The translations under genes and the position numbers were made by a program. Below, in pieces: positions 39,100 to 52,767 of a stretch of DNA of 64,000 nt; position 1 is the first letter of the stretch; every line of letters starts with the position of its first letter. Source of the stretch: Eledone cirrhosa (lineage: Eukaryota); NCBI GenBank assembly GCA_964016885.1, contig OZ024745.1, positions 12,648,001 to 12,712,000 on the forward strand, read 5' to 3'. The notes under the pieces are model-generated. The model worked only from the letters and a program-made list of their open reading frames with translations. It did no database searches and had not been told where the DNA came from.

Positions 39100-42000
39100 T
39101 ACCCCTCCCTCCCGCCCCCACTCACCACCTTATTATTTGGACCAATCACAAGTAAACGACCTATGCTAGCACTTCTGGTTGCTTTTCGATATGATGGATG
39201 AACTAGGGAATTGCTGGAGAGTAAGAAGAATCTGGACACCCGAAGACAATGCAAAAGATAACGACAAATTCACCTCATGCTGCCGGACGAAAGGGCAAGG
39301 CCCCACCCTCTTTGTTGCGGCCGCGGATGGCCAACATAACCCCAACCCCATCCACCTCACCCCTCCCTGCACCCCACCCACCAAACGCAATCCAAAACTT
39401 CAGAGTTGGTACCATGAATGTAGGGACCTTAAAAGGCCGCTCTAACGAGGTTGTAGAAATGCTTGAACGTAAGGAGGTTGATGTCTGCTGTATCCAAGAG
39501 ACCAGGTGGAGGGACGGGTCTGCTAGATTCATTGTGGGTAAAAAACGATGCTATAAGCTTTTCTGGGTGGGGTAGGAATCATGTTAGCAGAAAAATGGGT
39601 GGATAAGATAATAGACGTAAATAGAGTAAACGACAGAATAATTAAAATAAGACTTGTTCTAAATAGAACTACTGTGACGATAATATCTGCATACGCGCCC
39701 CAATCCGGACTGCCTGGCGCTATAAAAGACACTTTCTATGAGACACTGATGCTCACTACCTCCCAAATAACCGACAGTGACTATATTATTATTGCTGGCG
39801 ACCTAAATGGTCACGTTGGACAACATTGTGATGGCTATGATGGAATCCACGGAGGCTATGGGTTTGGTACTAGAAATGAGGAAGGCTCCAGAATCCTGTG
39901 ACACAAATAACCTAACAATCTGTAACACTAACTTCAAAAAACGAGACAATCACTCGATCACCTACAGATCAGGGGAACATACCAGCCAGGTAGATTATAT
40001 CCTTACCAGAAGACGTGACAGAGTGTCTGTTGTAAACACCAAATCCCTCCCCCATGAAGAATGCACCTCCCAACACAGACTGATAATTAGCGACTTCATA
40101 GTCAGGACGAGACGTACCCGACAGCAGAAGAGGACTATCCTCAGGAGAAAAATATGGAAGCTAAAGGACCCTACAGCCAGAAATAAATTTCAAAGCATAT
40201 TACTTGATGCTTTCGACAGTAAGGAAGAGCATTTAGAGTCGTACAATATAGAGGAACAGTGGGAATTCCTGAAAGCAAACCTGCTGATGGCGGCAGACGA
40301 AGTCTGTGGCCGGAGCAGGCCTATAGGCAGGAGGAGAGTAACATGGTGGTGGAACAGTAAGGTGGAGGAGTCGATTAAGGCCAAAAAGCAGGCTTGGAAA
40401 GTATGGCGGGATGGGGGAAGTAGAGAAGACTATCAAGTGGCCAGGAGGGAAGCTAGGAGACAAGTGTACTTCGCAAGAAGGGAAGCAGAGGAAAGAAAGT
40501 TCAAGCATGTTCTACAACGCGAGGACCAAAAACGTGAGGTGTTCAGGATTGCTAGGCAATGTGTCAAGGAAAACCGTGATATTGTCGGGGAGAAGTGTGT
40601 ACTAAATGATGATGGCGTACTTGCCATCACTGACGCTGATAAGAAGGTAGCTTGGAAGTGTCATTACGAAAGGCTACTAAATGAGGAGAATAAATGGGAG
40701 AAGAATAGTCTCCCCCAGATCGATCCAATAGAGGGACCAGCAGTGTTAGTTGAAGGTAGTAAAATAAGTAAGGCAATCAAAGATATGAAGACGGGTAAGG
40801 CGGCTGGGCCTTCGGAAATAGTTGCTGAGATGCTGAAAGCCTCTGGAATGGTGGGACACACCATGGTCACCCAGATAGTAAACCAAGTCATACAGAATGG
40901 GTTTGTTCCGAAGGACTGGCGTAGCAGCATCATCATTAACTGTTACAAGGGTAAAGGAGACGCCCTAGATAGGAGTAACTATAGAGGCATTAAATTAATC
41001 GACCAGGTCATGAAGGTCACGGAAAAAGTAATAGTGCAACTAATCAGAGAGAGAATTGATCTAGATGAAATGCAGTTCGGGTTTGTGTCAGGCAAAAGTA
41101 CCACAGACGCTCTTTACATTGTACGACAACTACAGGAGAAGTACCTAGCTAAAAGTAAACCCCTATACTTAGCCTTTGTCGACTTGGAGACAGCGTTCGA
41201 CAGAGTCCCCCGTTCCATTATCTGGTGGGCTCTTAGAAAACTAGGTGTTGATGAATGGCTTGTGAGAGCTATACAAGCCATGTATAAAGAAACAGTCAAC
41301 AAGGTTAGAATTAACAACGAATATAGTGAAGAGTTTAGCGTAAAAGTTGGTGTTCATCAGGGCTCTGTTCTTAGCCCCCTACAATTTATTATTGCCCTAC
41401 AGGCTATAACAGTGGAGTTCAAGACCGGCTGCCCATGGGAACTCCTATACGCAGATGATCTAACGCTCATAGCTGAATCAATGGCCAAGCTAGAGAAGAA
41501 ATTCCAAACATGGAAGCACGGCCTAGAATCAAAAGGCCTTAAAATTAACCTGGCTAAGACTAAAGTTCTAGTTTGTAGGAAAGAAAATAAGGCGGCGGTC
41601 CCTTCCGGAAAATGGCCATGCTCAGTGTGTAGGAAAGGCGTAGGTAGAAACTCCATTTTATGTCCCAAATGCAAAGTATGGGTGCATAAAAGATGTAGTG
41701 GGATCACAGGTAAGCTAACTAAGAACATAGATTTTACATGTGGCCGGTGCTCTGGTGCAATAAGTAGCAGCAAGTGCCCACAAAATACTAGCTCTTTTAA
41801 TTGCGCAGAGGGTCCTATAGAAATAGTGGACAGCTTCCATTACCTGGGTGACAAAATCAGCAGTGGGGGTGGGTGCTCTGAAAGTACAGTAGCTAGAGTC
41901 AGAACTGGATGGAAATAGTTGAGAGAGCTTATACCAAATAGCCGCTAAAGGGTTCTCCCTAAAAATGAAAGGTAGGCTGTATGATGCCTGCATATGAACA

Positions 42001-42402
42001 GCAATGTTGCATGGCAGTGAGACCTGGGCATTGTGTGCAGAGGATATACGCAGACTAGAGAGGAACGAAGCTTGCATGCTCCACTGGATGTGTAATAGTA
42101 ATATACGCGAACGGCAAAGCATAAACGAACTAAGGGAAAAATTAGAAATAAGAGGGATCAGATGTTGTTTAGTCGAGAGAAGGCTACGTTGGTATGGTCA
42201 CGTGATGCGCATGAAAGACGACAGCTGTATAAAAAAGTGCAGGGCAATAAAGATAGACGGTAGCCACGGAGTAGGCAGACCCAGAAAAACCTGGGACGAC
42301 CTGATAAATTCCAACCTCACACACTTATACCTCTCCAAGACAATGTCACTGGACCGAGATCTTTGGCGGTACTCAGTAATAGAGAAGACCCGCCTTACCT
42401 GA
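39100..42402 (+). mobile_element. RTE-clade LINE, near full length (APE, RT, PHD-type insertion), few disablements
   Basis: FRVGTMNVGTL, IQETRW, SAYAPQ, GDLNGHVG, QVDYIL, QHRL; RT motifs AFVDLETAFD, VGVHQGSVLSP, LLYADD; C-terminus WYGHV...GRPRKTW. Confidence 0.93.
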
Positions 42403-42489
42403 AATACAAAGTAAAACCTACTACAGTCAGTAGGCATCTCTAACAACCCTGTGATGATATATGTCATGATGGCTACCTATCTCACGATT

Positions 42490-45400
42490 TCCCACTCACC
42501 ACCATTGGCTATTTGACCAATCAAACCTCAGCAACATGTCCTTACCCATTACCAGCCCCAACAAACTCTGCCATTACTCCTACTGTCCTTCTAGTCCTGC
42601 ACCAAAGAATTTTTGTTTACCGTTATCTATGGATAAATGCAACAACCCTGAACAAATAAATGAATATGAATCCACGGGTTACCAAGCACCCATGCGAAGC
42701 TTTAATTCAGAGACAGGAAGCATACACACTCCCCTGCAAAAATTCACCCTTTTTCACAAATGATGGGAAATGTCCAAAACTCTGAGTTGGAACCATCAAC
42801 GTAAGCACAATGAAAGGAAGAGCAGGAGAAATTGTAGAAATGCTAGAGTGAAAGGAAATTGACGTATGCTTGAGGTGTTCAAGATTGCGAGGCAGTGTGT
42901 CAGAGAGAATTGTGATGTCATTGGAGAGAAGTGTATCCGGAATGATAAAGGTGAGCTTGCCCTCACAAGTGCTGAAAAGAAAGATGCATGGAAGAGTCAT
43001 TATGATAGATTACTAAATGAGGAGAATACATGGGAAGAAGAGACCCTACCCCAAGTAGACCCTATAGAAGGGCCAGCAGTACAAGTCAGCAGCAGCGTAG
43101 TAAGTAAGGCAATTAAAGATATGAAGATGGGGAAGGCAACCGGTCCATCGGGTATAGCTGCCGAGATGCTGAAGGCATCTGGGTCTGTAGGCCACACTAT
43201 AACCACACATATTGTTAACCAGGTAATACTAGAAGGTGTCATACCAAAAGATTGGTGCAGTAGCATCATTGTCAACTGCTACAAAGGTAAAGGTGATGCA
43301 CTCGATAGAGGAAACTATAGAGGTATAAAGCTGATGGACCAGGTCATGAAAGTAACAGAAAGAGTTATAGCACAGTTGATTAGGGACCGGGTGTAACTAG
43401 ATGAGATGCAATTTGGGTTTGTACCAGGAAGAGGCACCACTGATGCCCTCTTCCTTGTGATGCAGTTACAGGAAAAAAAGTACCTAGCTAAAAGTAAGCA
43501 ACTCTACCTGGCATTCGTCGATCTCGAGAAAGCCTTTGACAGAGTTCCACATACTGTAATCTGGTGGGCTCTTAGAAAACTAGGAGTGGATGAATGGCTT
43601 GTGAAAGCTGTACAAGCCATGTATAGGGGAGCAGTCAGCAAAGTTAGGATTAGCAATGAGTATAGCGAGGAATTTAGCATACAGGTTGGGGTCCACCAGG
43701 GCTCTGTTCTTAGCCCTCTCCTGTTCATCATAGTCCTGCCGGCAATAACGGAGGAGTTTAAGACCGGATGCCCATGGGAACTCCTATATGCTGATGACCT
43801 CGCACTTATAGCTGAATCTATGATAGAACTAGAGAAGAAATTCCAAACTTGGAAGCAGGGACTAGAAAGAAAGGGTCTCAAAGTCAACATGACAAAGACT
43901 AAGGTTCTTGTAAGTAGACGAGAAAACAGAACCCAGATCCCCTCAGGGAAATGGCCTTGCTCAGTATGTAGGAAAGGTGTAGGTAGGAACTCCATTCTCT
44001 GCCCCAAATGCAAACAATGGGTACACAGGAGATGTAGCGGGATCTCAGGAAGCTTAATTAAGAATGTAGGCTTCACATGCAGCAGCTGTACTGGGACAGC
44101 AAGCAGCAAACAGCCACAGGAAACAAGTACCACCAATCTCTGGGAGGGCTCTGTAGAGACAGTAGACAGCTTCTGCTACCTAGGTGACCGAATTAGCAGC
44201 GGAGGTGGGTGTTCAGAAAGTACAATAACTAGGGTAAGAATGGGATGGAAGAAGTTCAGGGAACTACTACCACTGCTAGCTACAAAAGGCTTCTCCCTCA
44301 AAATGAAAGGCAGACTGTATGATGCGTGTATCTGAACAGCAATGTTACATGGTAGTGAGACCTGGGCGCTGAAGGTGGAAGACTTACGTAGATTAGAGAG
44401 AAACGAAGCCTGCATGCTCCGATGGATGTGTAATAGTAATATACGCGAACGACAAAGCATAAATGAATTGAGAGAGAGACTGAGCATAAGAGGAATCAAA
44501 TGCTGTGTGCAGGAGAGACGGTTGCGTTGGTATGGACATGTGATGCATGTGAAGGATGACAGCTGCATAAAAAGGTGCAGAGCACTAGAAGTCAATAGAA
44601 ACCGCGGAGTGGGGAGACCCAAGATGACCTGGGATGAGGTGATAAAAGCTGACCTTACCCAATTACACCTCTCAAAGGCGATGACACACGACCGTGACCT
44701 CTGGCATCACGCAGTAATACAGAGTACCCGACCTCTCATGGGTACAAGCTGAAGCATATAGACAATATTCCCCCACACCCTCCCACTGCAAGGTGGTCGT
44801 GGAGGTGCCACGGCACAAAAACACCCAGCCCACACTGTAAAGTGGACATGTAGGCGCCACGAAAAAGCATCCAGCACTCACTGTAAATGAGGTTGGTGTT
44901 AGGAAGGGCATCCAGCTGTAGAAATCAAGCCAAATGAGTTCCTGTATGAGCAAGGCATGGTCAGCCGACTAGACACTGCCCACAACAGGACAACCCGTCT
45001 AACCCATGCTAGCATGGAAGAACGGACGTAAAACGGTGATGATGATGATGATGTGTGCAAGAGACTAGATGGAAAGGAGAGTTTGCTAGAGTGTTTGTAG
45101 GCAAAAATCAGTGCTATAAATTTTTCTGGGTGGGAAATGACAATGGGATGGGCGGTGTAGGTATACTATTAGCTGACAAATGGGTAGATAAGGTAATCTC
45201 AGTGAACAGGGTGAACGCAAGAATCATTAAACTCAGCTTAGTCCTGAATAAAACAATTGCTACAATCATATCAGCTTACGCACCCCAATCGGGGTGCCAG
45301 ACAAACTTAAGAATAGGTGTTACGAGTCCTTAATGCACACTACTGGCCTAACAAGCAACAATGACTTCATAATTATTGCAGGGGACTTTAATGGACATGT

Positions 45401-46780
45401 TGGGAAACACCGTTACGGCTTCTATAGAGTCCATGGAGGCAATACAAGTCAGGAGCAGTATAGTAAATAAGGCAATTAAAGATATGAAGACTGGGAAGGC
45501 AAACGGTCCATCGGATATAGCTGCCAAGATGCTGAAAGCATCTGGGTCGGTAGGTCAAACCATAACCACACGTATTGTTAACCAGGTAATACTAGAGGGT
45601 GTCATACCAAAGGATTGGTGCAGCAGCATCATTGTCAACTGCTACAAGGGTAAAGGAGATGCACTAGATAGAAGAAACTATAGAGGTATAAAGCTGATGG
45701 ACCAGGTCATGAAAGTAATGGAAAGAGTTACAGCACAGTTGATCAGGGACTGGGTAAAATTGGATGAGATGCAGTTTGGGCTTGTGCCAGGAAAAAGCAC
45801 CACTGATGTTCTCTTCCTTCTGAGGCAGTTACAGGAAAAGTACCTAGCTAAAAGTAAGCCGCTCTACCTTATAGCTGAATCTATGGCAGAACTAAAGAAA
45901 CAAGCACCACCAAACTCTGGGAGAACTCTGTAGAAACAATAGACAGCTTTTGCTACCTAGGTGGCTGAATGAGCAGCAGAGGTGGGTGCTCTGAAAGTAC
46001 AGTAACCAGGGTAACAACGGGATTAAAGAAGTTCAGGGAGCTACTGCCACTGCTAGCTGCAAAAGGCTTTTCTCTCAAAATGAAAGGCAGACTGTATGAT
46101 GCATGCATACGAACAGCAATGTTACATGGTAGTGAGACCTGGGCGCTGTCTGTAGAAGACTTGCGTAGATTAGAAAGAAACAAAGCTTGCATGCTCCGAT
46201 GGATGTGTAATAGTAATATACGCAAACAGCAAAGCATAAACGAATTGAGAGAGAGACTGAGCATAACAGGAATCAAATGCTGTGTGCAGGAGAGGAGGTT
46301 GTGTTGGTATGGACATGTGACATGTGTATGAAGGATGAAAGCTACATAAAAAGGTGCAGAGCACTAGAAGTCAATGGAAGCCATGGAGTGGGGAGACCCA
46401 AGAAGACCTGGGATGAGGTGGTAAAAGCCAACCTTACTCAATTGCACCTCCCAAAAGTGATGACACTGGACCGTGACCTCTGGCTTCACACAGTAATACA
46501 GAAGACCCGACTTCCCCCGGGTACAAGCCGAAGGTGAAGCATATAGATAATATGCCCCCACCCCCTCCCACTGTAAAGTGGTCGTGGAGGTGTCACGACA
46601 AAAAAGCACCCAGCACTCACTGTGAGGTTGGTGTTAGGAAGGGCATCCAGCTGTAGAAATCAAGCCAAAATCGGTTCCCAACTTAGCAAGATAAGGTCAC
46701 CCGACCTGGCACTGCCCAAAACAGGACAACTCGTCTAACCCATACTACCGTGGAAGAATGGACGTAAAACGGTGATGATG
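42490..46780 (+). mobile_element. RTE LINE (internally deleted), split by a nested RTE: pieces 42490-42870 and 45052-46780
   Basis: The APE reading ...GIDVC | CVQETRWKG... resumes exactly across the insert; ends in a (gat)n tail. Confidence 0.8.
42871..45051 (+). mobile_element. 5'-truncated RTE LINE nested in another RTE
   Basis: Starts at EVFKIARQC; has RT (LLYADD), PHD-type finger and C-terminus; tail ends ggtgatgatgatgatga. Confidence 0.88.
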
Positions 46781-47423
46781 ATATACATATATATACTGTG
46801 TACAGTATATATACACTATATATTATACCCTATATATGATGTCCAAGAGAAAGGCAATGGCTCATACAGCTTGGCACCAGTGACGTCACAACGTATATAT
46901 ATATATATACACTATGTATATATTATATATACATTGTGTACAGTATATATACACTATATATATATGTCCAAGAGAAAGGCTATGACCGATACAGCTTGGC
47001 ACCAGTGACATCACAGCCGAGTAAACTGGAGCAACGTGAAATAAAGTGTCCTGCTCAAGGACACAACACATCACCCGGTCCGAGAATCGAACTCACCACC
47101 AATGCTTTAACCACTAAGCCATGATACGTTCCAGAACCAACCATGATAGAGAGAGACCATAAAGACAACCGTTGTTTTCATAGTTTAAGCCTTAAAATAC
47201 CTCTCCTACACGCTTTAAGTACATATAAACTCATTAAATCACACTTTGGGATTTAAACACCAAAAACAGCCAGTAACGATTGTATAGAAACAACCACCAA
47301 CTATCATACCACTAGTTAACAATGAGGACGATTGCCAGCCACGGTAGCCACTTGGTAATACGCTGCACATCTCCGGTCAATCTATGAAGGGTTTGTAGTA
47401 GATTAGAGCAAAACACAATCACA

Positions 47424-48264
47424 ATTTTCTATATATAAAAGAGGAGGAAGAAATATATTTTTCCAATGTTATATATATTTTCACTTGTATATAAATACTG
47501 GATCGTTGTAGGGTTCACATAATTATATTATTTACAAACATTAATATAAACATTAAGTATGGCAGGTGGATTGGCTATGGCAGGTGGATTGGCAGTATCG
47601 GTAGAGGGTCGGACGTCATGCTTTCCAGCATAGTTACGTCCCTTTACGATCTGAGTTCAAATCCAGCCGAGGTTAACTTTGCCTTTCATCCTTACGGGGT
47701 CGATAAAATAAAGTACCAGTAATGCACTGGGTAATTGCTGGCCTTGTGCCTAAAGTAGAAACAATTAATATAAACATTAAGTAAATCTTTGTTAACTTAC
47801 CTTCTTCAGATATAATCAATGTGTTGTGTTGTTAGTTTTTACTAAGCAACCAAAGAAATAATCTCTTTGTTATCAAATTAGAAGTTTCAAAGATGTTATC
47901 AGCTTTATTTCACGACATTAACGTTGGTGTATCTTCTTTATCTTTAGTCATAAATTGATATCTTGTTAGAATGAAGTAGTGAGGCTGACTTTATGTCTTT
48001 AGCTACAGATTTGATAGGAAATATATATATATATTAGGTTGATATGTGGTCTAAAATATATATATTGTCTATAAATGACTGATAGCAGATGTTCTGGTGA
48101 AATAGTAGGTTTACTACTACAGATTGTAATGGAACTCTTAGTAGACACAATTGTAAAGTAAGAATAGATATGACAGTGTAAGACTGATGTCGGGGAGAGA
48201 AAATTGTGTGTATATATATATATAATTGTTACACAAGATATAATTAGATTAATTAAAGTTATAA
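47424..48264 (-). other. Second copy of the duplicated block, putative 5' exon/promoter of ZNF unit B
   Basis: Matches 27364-27900; donor AAG|gtaagt at 47801/47800. Confidence 0.55.
47560..47763 (+). mobile_element. Family B SINE with a 20-bp TSD
   Basis: TSD attaatataaacattaagta at 47540-47559 and 47764-47783; the empty site is present in the paralog at ~27476. Confidence 0.92.
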
Positions 48265-48495
48265 TGAAGACAGCAGGTACGCGGTGTCGTCGGGAATGAT
48301 TCAACTTTCGTGTAGGTGTCATACGTTAAAAGTCCCTGATATAATTTAATACCTTCAGACACAGTTCCAATTATATTTAATTTATTGTAAATCAGAAAGT
48401 ATCACTTAGTAAAATATCAATTATATAACTATAAGAAAACCTGTACGTAGTCTCTCTAACTGCTAGAAATAGCGGCGATATTATCCATTACAACT

Positions 48496-48588
<93 letters not shown>

Positions 48589-49099
48589 TGCCCCCTCGTT
48601 ATCGAGTATGGCCATTGCACGAGACAAAACCCCAACAACAACAACAACAATAATAATAATATACATATATATATACACACACACGCACACACATAAACAT
48701 ATCTAAACACACATACACACACGATAGCAATTAACAGCGCTGCAATCGAATGTGGCCTTTTAGCCCAGCCAATGATCTAAAATGTCATGCACAGAGTCGG
48801 CAACAAAACATTCACTGGGAATAGCCGGCTGTGGTTGGAGTTCATATACTTTTACCTGTCGTTTGAGCCCTCCTGCTGATTTACATTCTCTACCACATGC
48901 TTGGCAAGCATGATGAGTAGCATCTCCAACAGCAGTCTGGTAGTTAACCACTGGTCTTACTTTATGACTGCGAATATGACTTTCGAGTCCAGCTTCGCCG
49001 TCTGGAAATGCAACAGCAATGCCCTTCCTCACATCCCGCTTTACTTTCTAGTATGCGATTCGAGATGCCTCAAAGGCAACTTTTCCCTCATATACAGTC

Positions 49100-52000
49100 T
49101 GTAGTGGCTGAGATGGTCGCTTGGTAGCTAGCAGTTGCCTCCCCTTAACAACCCTTCAGGGAAGGGAGGCAAAAATACAGCCGGACACAGCCACAGATTT
49201 TCTCCACCATTTTTCCTTGTTGGTGGACATTCGCAGACAACGCCTTGTTGATGCTGAAACAGGCCTTTCTTTCGAGGGTTCAGAGCCGGACGTCGCCACC
49301 GTCAGCCCTTCCTTTTTCTTGGCTGAAGTGGGCAACCAGTATCAAAGCCTGCTGCATTCATTCCCTCAGTTGACGCAGGGAAAGTTACGAATAACTAGCC
49401 CGGACCATGCGATTGAACACTTCATATCCACTACAGGTCCACCTGTTTTCTCACGTCCTCGAAGATTGTCTACAGAGAAGTTGAAAGCTGCACGTCTTGA
49501 ATTCGACCACATGCTGGAATTGGGAATAATTCGGCGCTCCACAAGTCCTTGGGCATCGCCTCTGCATATGGTACCTAGATCTTCTGGGGATTGGAGACCG
49601 ACGGGTGACTACCGACGCTTAAACGCGATTACTGTGCCTGACCGTTATCCAATCCCGCATTTGCAGGATTTTGCGTCGTCATTGCAGGGTTGCAGAATCT
49701 TTTCTAAGCTTGATTTGATCCGCGCTTATAACCAAATTCCGGTTAACGAGGAGGATATCCCAAAGACTGCTATTGCCACTCCTTTCGGATCGTTCGAGTT
49801 CCTCACTATGCCTTTCGGCCTTAGAAACGCTGCAAGTACCTTCCAACGATTTATGGATGATATTACTCGGGGCCTGGATTTTGTGTACACGTATATCGAC
49901 GACGTGTTGATTGCTAGTTCTTCCCCTCAGCAGCATTCAAAGCATCTGGATCTCGTATTTCGTCGTTTACAGATCTATAATGTTCGAATTAATGCTTCCA
50001 AGTGTGTTTTCGGCTCGACTTCACTAACATTTTTAGGCCATCTGATTGACGCCGATGGTATTCGACCTCTCCCTGAGAAGGTTAAGGCAGTATCGGATTT
50101 GCCTCCGCCAAGTTCACTGCGTCAATTGCGTCAATTCCTGGGCCTTGTAAATTTTTATAGGCGATTCGTACCTGGTTGTTCCAAATTGCTGTTCTCGTTG
50201 ACAGAGATTTTTAAGGGTTGCCCGCGTAAGAATATGGACATTTCCTTAAATGAAACGCAGCTTGATGATTTTAAAAAAGTGAAAAAGGCGTTAGCGAACG
50301 CGTCTTTGCTCGCCCACCCAGTACCCAACCCCGAGCTATCGCTCTGTGTTGATGCTTCGGACAGCGCCGTGGGCGCAGTCTTACAGCAGAAGGGTGATGG
50401 GGTACAGCAACCACTCGAGTTCTTTTCGAGGAAGTTAAAGCCTGCAGAAACTCGCTATAGCACCTTTGGAAGGGAGCTATTAGCAATTTATTTATCAGTG
50501 AAACATTTTGCTCATGTACTTGAAGGTAGAACATTCACCATTTTCACTGATCATAAACCCTTGACGTTTGCTCTTCGAACTAAGGCAGACAAATACTCGC
50601 CCAGAGAAACGAGACATCTGGACTTCATCTCACAGTTCACGAACGACATTCAACATATTCCGGGTTCTTTGAATACAGCGGCCGATGCGCTGTCTCGCCT
50701 GCCGATCGCATCGATTTCGTCTTCCGAGGAGATAGATTTACATCGAATGGCAGCTGCCCAACCCACTCTCGAATCGTTGGATGTTACATCGCCAGAGTTT
50801 GTACATTGCAAACTGAAATACATTCCGATCTCAACTGCTGACGGACAGATACTGTGTGATGTTTCGTTGGACTCACCACGACCTCTAGTCCCAGTGGAAC
50901 ATCGACGAACTGCGTTTCTCGCTTTACATGGCATTTCTCACCCAGGAGTATCAGCCTCAGTAAAACTCATAACAGCCAGATTTTTCTGGCCTGGTATGAG
51001 ACGTGACATTGCTGCTTGGTGTCGTTCCTGTGTCGCTTGCCAACAAGCGAAAGTTCATAGACATGTTAAGGCTTCTCTCGGAACCTTCACCTGCCCCGAT
51101 GCAAGATTTCGTCACATTCATGTGGACATCGTCGGCCCGTGGCCGGTTAGTCGTGGTTTTTCGTATCTTTTGACGATTGTTGACCGTTTTTCGCGTTGGC
51201 CTGAAGCCGTCCCTATAACAGATATCACCGCCGAAACCACAGCCCGTACCCTCGTATCTTCGTGGATCGCTCGTTTCGGTGTACCAACCACCATAACAAC
51301 AGATCGTGGTCGTCAATTCGAGTCTAACCTCTTCCGAGAGCTAACCCAAATCCTGGGGGCTACTCGAATAAGAACCACGGCTTACCACCCAGCCTCAAAC
51401 GGAATGGTGGAAAGATTCCACAGGCAGCTCAAAGCCTCCTTAAGGGCTTCCATGAACTCTTCACGTTGGAGCGAGTACCTACCCATTGTATTGTTGGGTA
51501 TTCGGTCGACGGTAAAGGTGGACCTTGGGTTCTCCTCTGCCGAATTAGTTTATGGTACGCCTCTGGCGTTACCGGGGCAAATGCTGGCCCCTTTTGACCT
51601 GACTTCGCAGGACCCCGCTTCCTACGTGTCCCGGCTTCACTCTTATTTCAAGGATCTACCACCGATGGGCACTAGGAAGCAGACTGTAAAAACTGCCGTC
51701 CCAAGGGATATTGCCTTGTGGACACATGTGTTCGTTAGAGACGACGCCGTGAGACCCCCTCTTCAACGGCCGTACTCTGGACCCTATCGTGTGCTTGCTC
51801 GCACAGACAAACATTTCACACTGGACATTCGGGGTTCCAGGGAAACGGTTTCTGTTGATCGTCTCAAACGAGCAAACCTGGACAATGACACAATGACACT
51901 TGAAACTCAAATGCCCCCCTCTTTTTCTTTGCCACACAGGCCTATTTCTTCCCCTCCCCCACCATCAACACACAGAACCACGACCCGTTCTGGGCGAAGG

Positions 52001-52767
52001 GTGCATTGGCCCCGTAAGCTATGCAGTAATATAAACTGAATTGTATTTTTTTTTTTTGTTTGTTTGTTTGTTTTGTTTTGTTATTTTTTTCCTTCCAATT
52101 GTTTTTGTTGTACATTGCATTTTGTTACCTTTGGATTCTTGACTGCCTACGGCAGTGTCAATATATTATATTTTGCGTAACATTACGACTGTTGTCAATT
52201 CTGACACAGTCCCTTTTTTTTTAGTGCATTTTTATAACTATGCTACATATGGCATTTTCATTGCCTAGCAAAACATTTTTTTTCTTGTTTATCGCATCCG
52301 GGGCCCCTTTATTGCGAAGAGTGTTATCTTTTCATGCATTTTGCATCTTTTACTGTACATTTTTGTTTTGTTTTGTCTGCGTTAATGCTATTTATTATTA
52401 TTTTTTTTAATTTTGAATTTGTTGATACATCCTTCTACATTTTGTAAACTACCTTCGCTTCATTGTTAACGATTTTGCGACAAAAAATCTGCTCCGAGGT
52501 GAATGTAGTGGCTGAGATGGTCGCTTGGTAGCTAGCAGTTGCCTCCCCTTAACAACCCTTCAGGGAAGGGAGGCAAAAATACACCCGGACACAGCCACAG
52601 GTTCACACACTCTTTTTGGACCACGGACATGAACAGACGTGGAAAGACCCGCTCCTCAAAATATTGACGTTGTAGGAAATTTACTAAATTATTGCATTAA
52701 ATAAAATGATTGTTAGACTTGATTGTGCATTTATTTATTCGACAAAGAGAAACATCACTTTTCTTTA
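49100..52767 (+). mobile_element. Gypsy/Ty3 LTR retrotransposon lacking gag; 5' LTR truncated
   Basis: LTR start tgtagtggctgagatgg at 49100 and 52504 (96 bp shared, 1 mismatch); 4-bp TSD AGTC at 49096-49099 and 52768-52771; the host RTE frame rejoins (KWRKT|VYEG). Confidence 0.93.
49121..52039 (+). CDS. Gypsy pol: protease tail, RT, RNase H, integrase (uninterrupted)
   Basis: [43 protein letters not shown]-x4-H...Cxx[26 protein letters not shown]; RT-RH-INT order. The N-terminal residues are LTR-derived. Confidence 0.93.
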   Translation: MVASSCLPLTTLQGREAKIQPDTATDFLHHFSLLVDIRRQRLVDAETGLSFEGSEPDVATVSPSFFLAEVGNQYQSLLHSFPQLTQGKLRITSPDHAIEHFISTTGPPVFSRPRRLSTEKLKAARLEFDHMLELGIIRRSTSPWASPLHMVPRSSGDWRPTGDYRRLNAITVPDRYPIPHLQDFASSLQGCRIFSKLDLIRAYNQIPVNEEDIPKTAIATPFGSFEFLTMPFGLRNAASTFQRFMDDITRGLDFVYTYIDDVLIASSSPQQHSKHLDLVFRRLQIYNVRINASKCVFGSTSLTFLGHLIDADGIRPLPEKVKAVSDLPPPSSLRQLRQFLGLVNFYRRFVPGCSKLLFSLTEIFKGCPRKNMDISLNETQLDDFKKVKKALANASLLAHPVPNPELSLCVDASDSAVGAVLQQKGDGVQQPLEFFSRKLKPAETRYSTFGRELLAIYLSVKHFAHVLEGRTFTIFTDHKPLTFALRTKADKYSPRETRHLDFISQFTNDIQHIPGSLNTAADALSRLPIASISSSEEIDLHRMAAAQPTLESLDVTSPEFVHCKLKYIPISTADGQILCDVSLDSPRPLVPVEHRRTAFLALHGISHPGVSASVKLITARFFWPGMRRDIAAWCRSCVACQQAKVHRHVKASLGTFTCPDARFRHIHVDIVGPWPVSRGFSYLLTIVDRFSRWPEAVPITDITAETTARTLVSSWIARFGVPTTITTDRGRQFESNLFRELTQILGATRIRTTAYHPASNGMVERFHRQLKASLRASMNSSRWSEYLPIVLLGIRSTVKVDLGFSSAELVYGTPLALPGQMLAPFDLTSQDPASYVSRLHSYFKDLPPMGTRKQTVKTAVPRDIALWTHVFVRDDAVRPPLQRPYSGPYRVLARTDKHFTLDIRGSRETVSVDRLKRANLDNDTMTLETQMPPSFSLPHRPISSPPPPSTHRTTTRSGRRVHWPRKLCSNIN

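Noticed and set aside
45430-45910. Internal RTE deletions as spliced-out introns
   Set aside because: The one junction I compared in detail (~45440) shows short microhomology rather than GT-AG; the other two were not examined closely.
49100-49195. Element with ultra-short 96-bp LTRs (TG...CA)
   Set aside because: No TSD at 52600. The AGTC TSD and the host-frame rejoin place the end at 52767, so the 5' LTR is truncated.
33481-51937. Antisense ORFs over LINE and Gypsy coding regions
   Set aside because: Shadow frames of retroelement ORFs, with no independent motifs.
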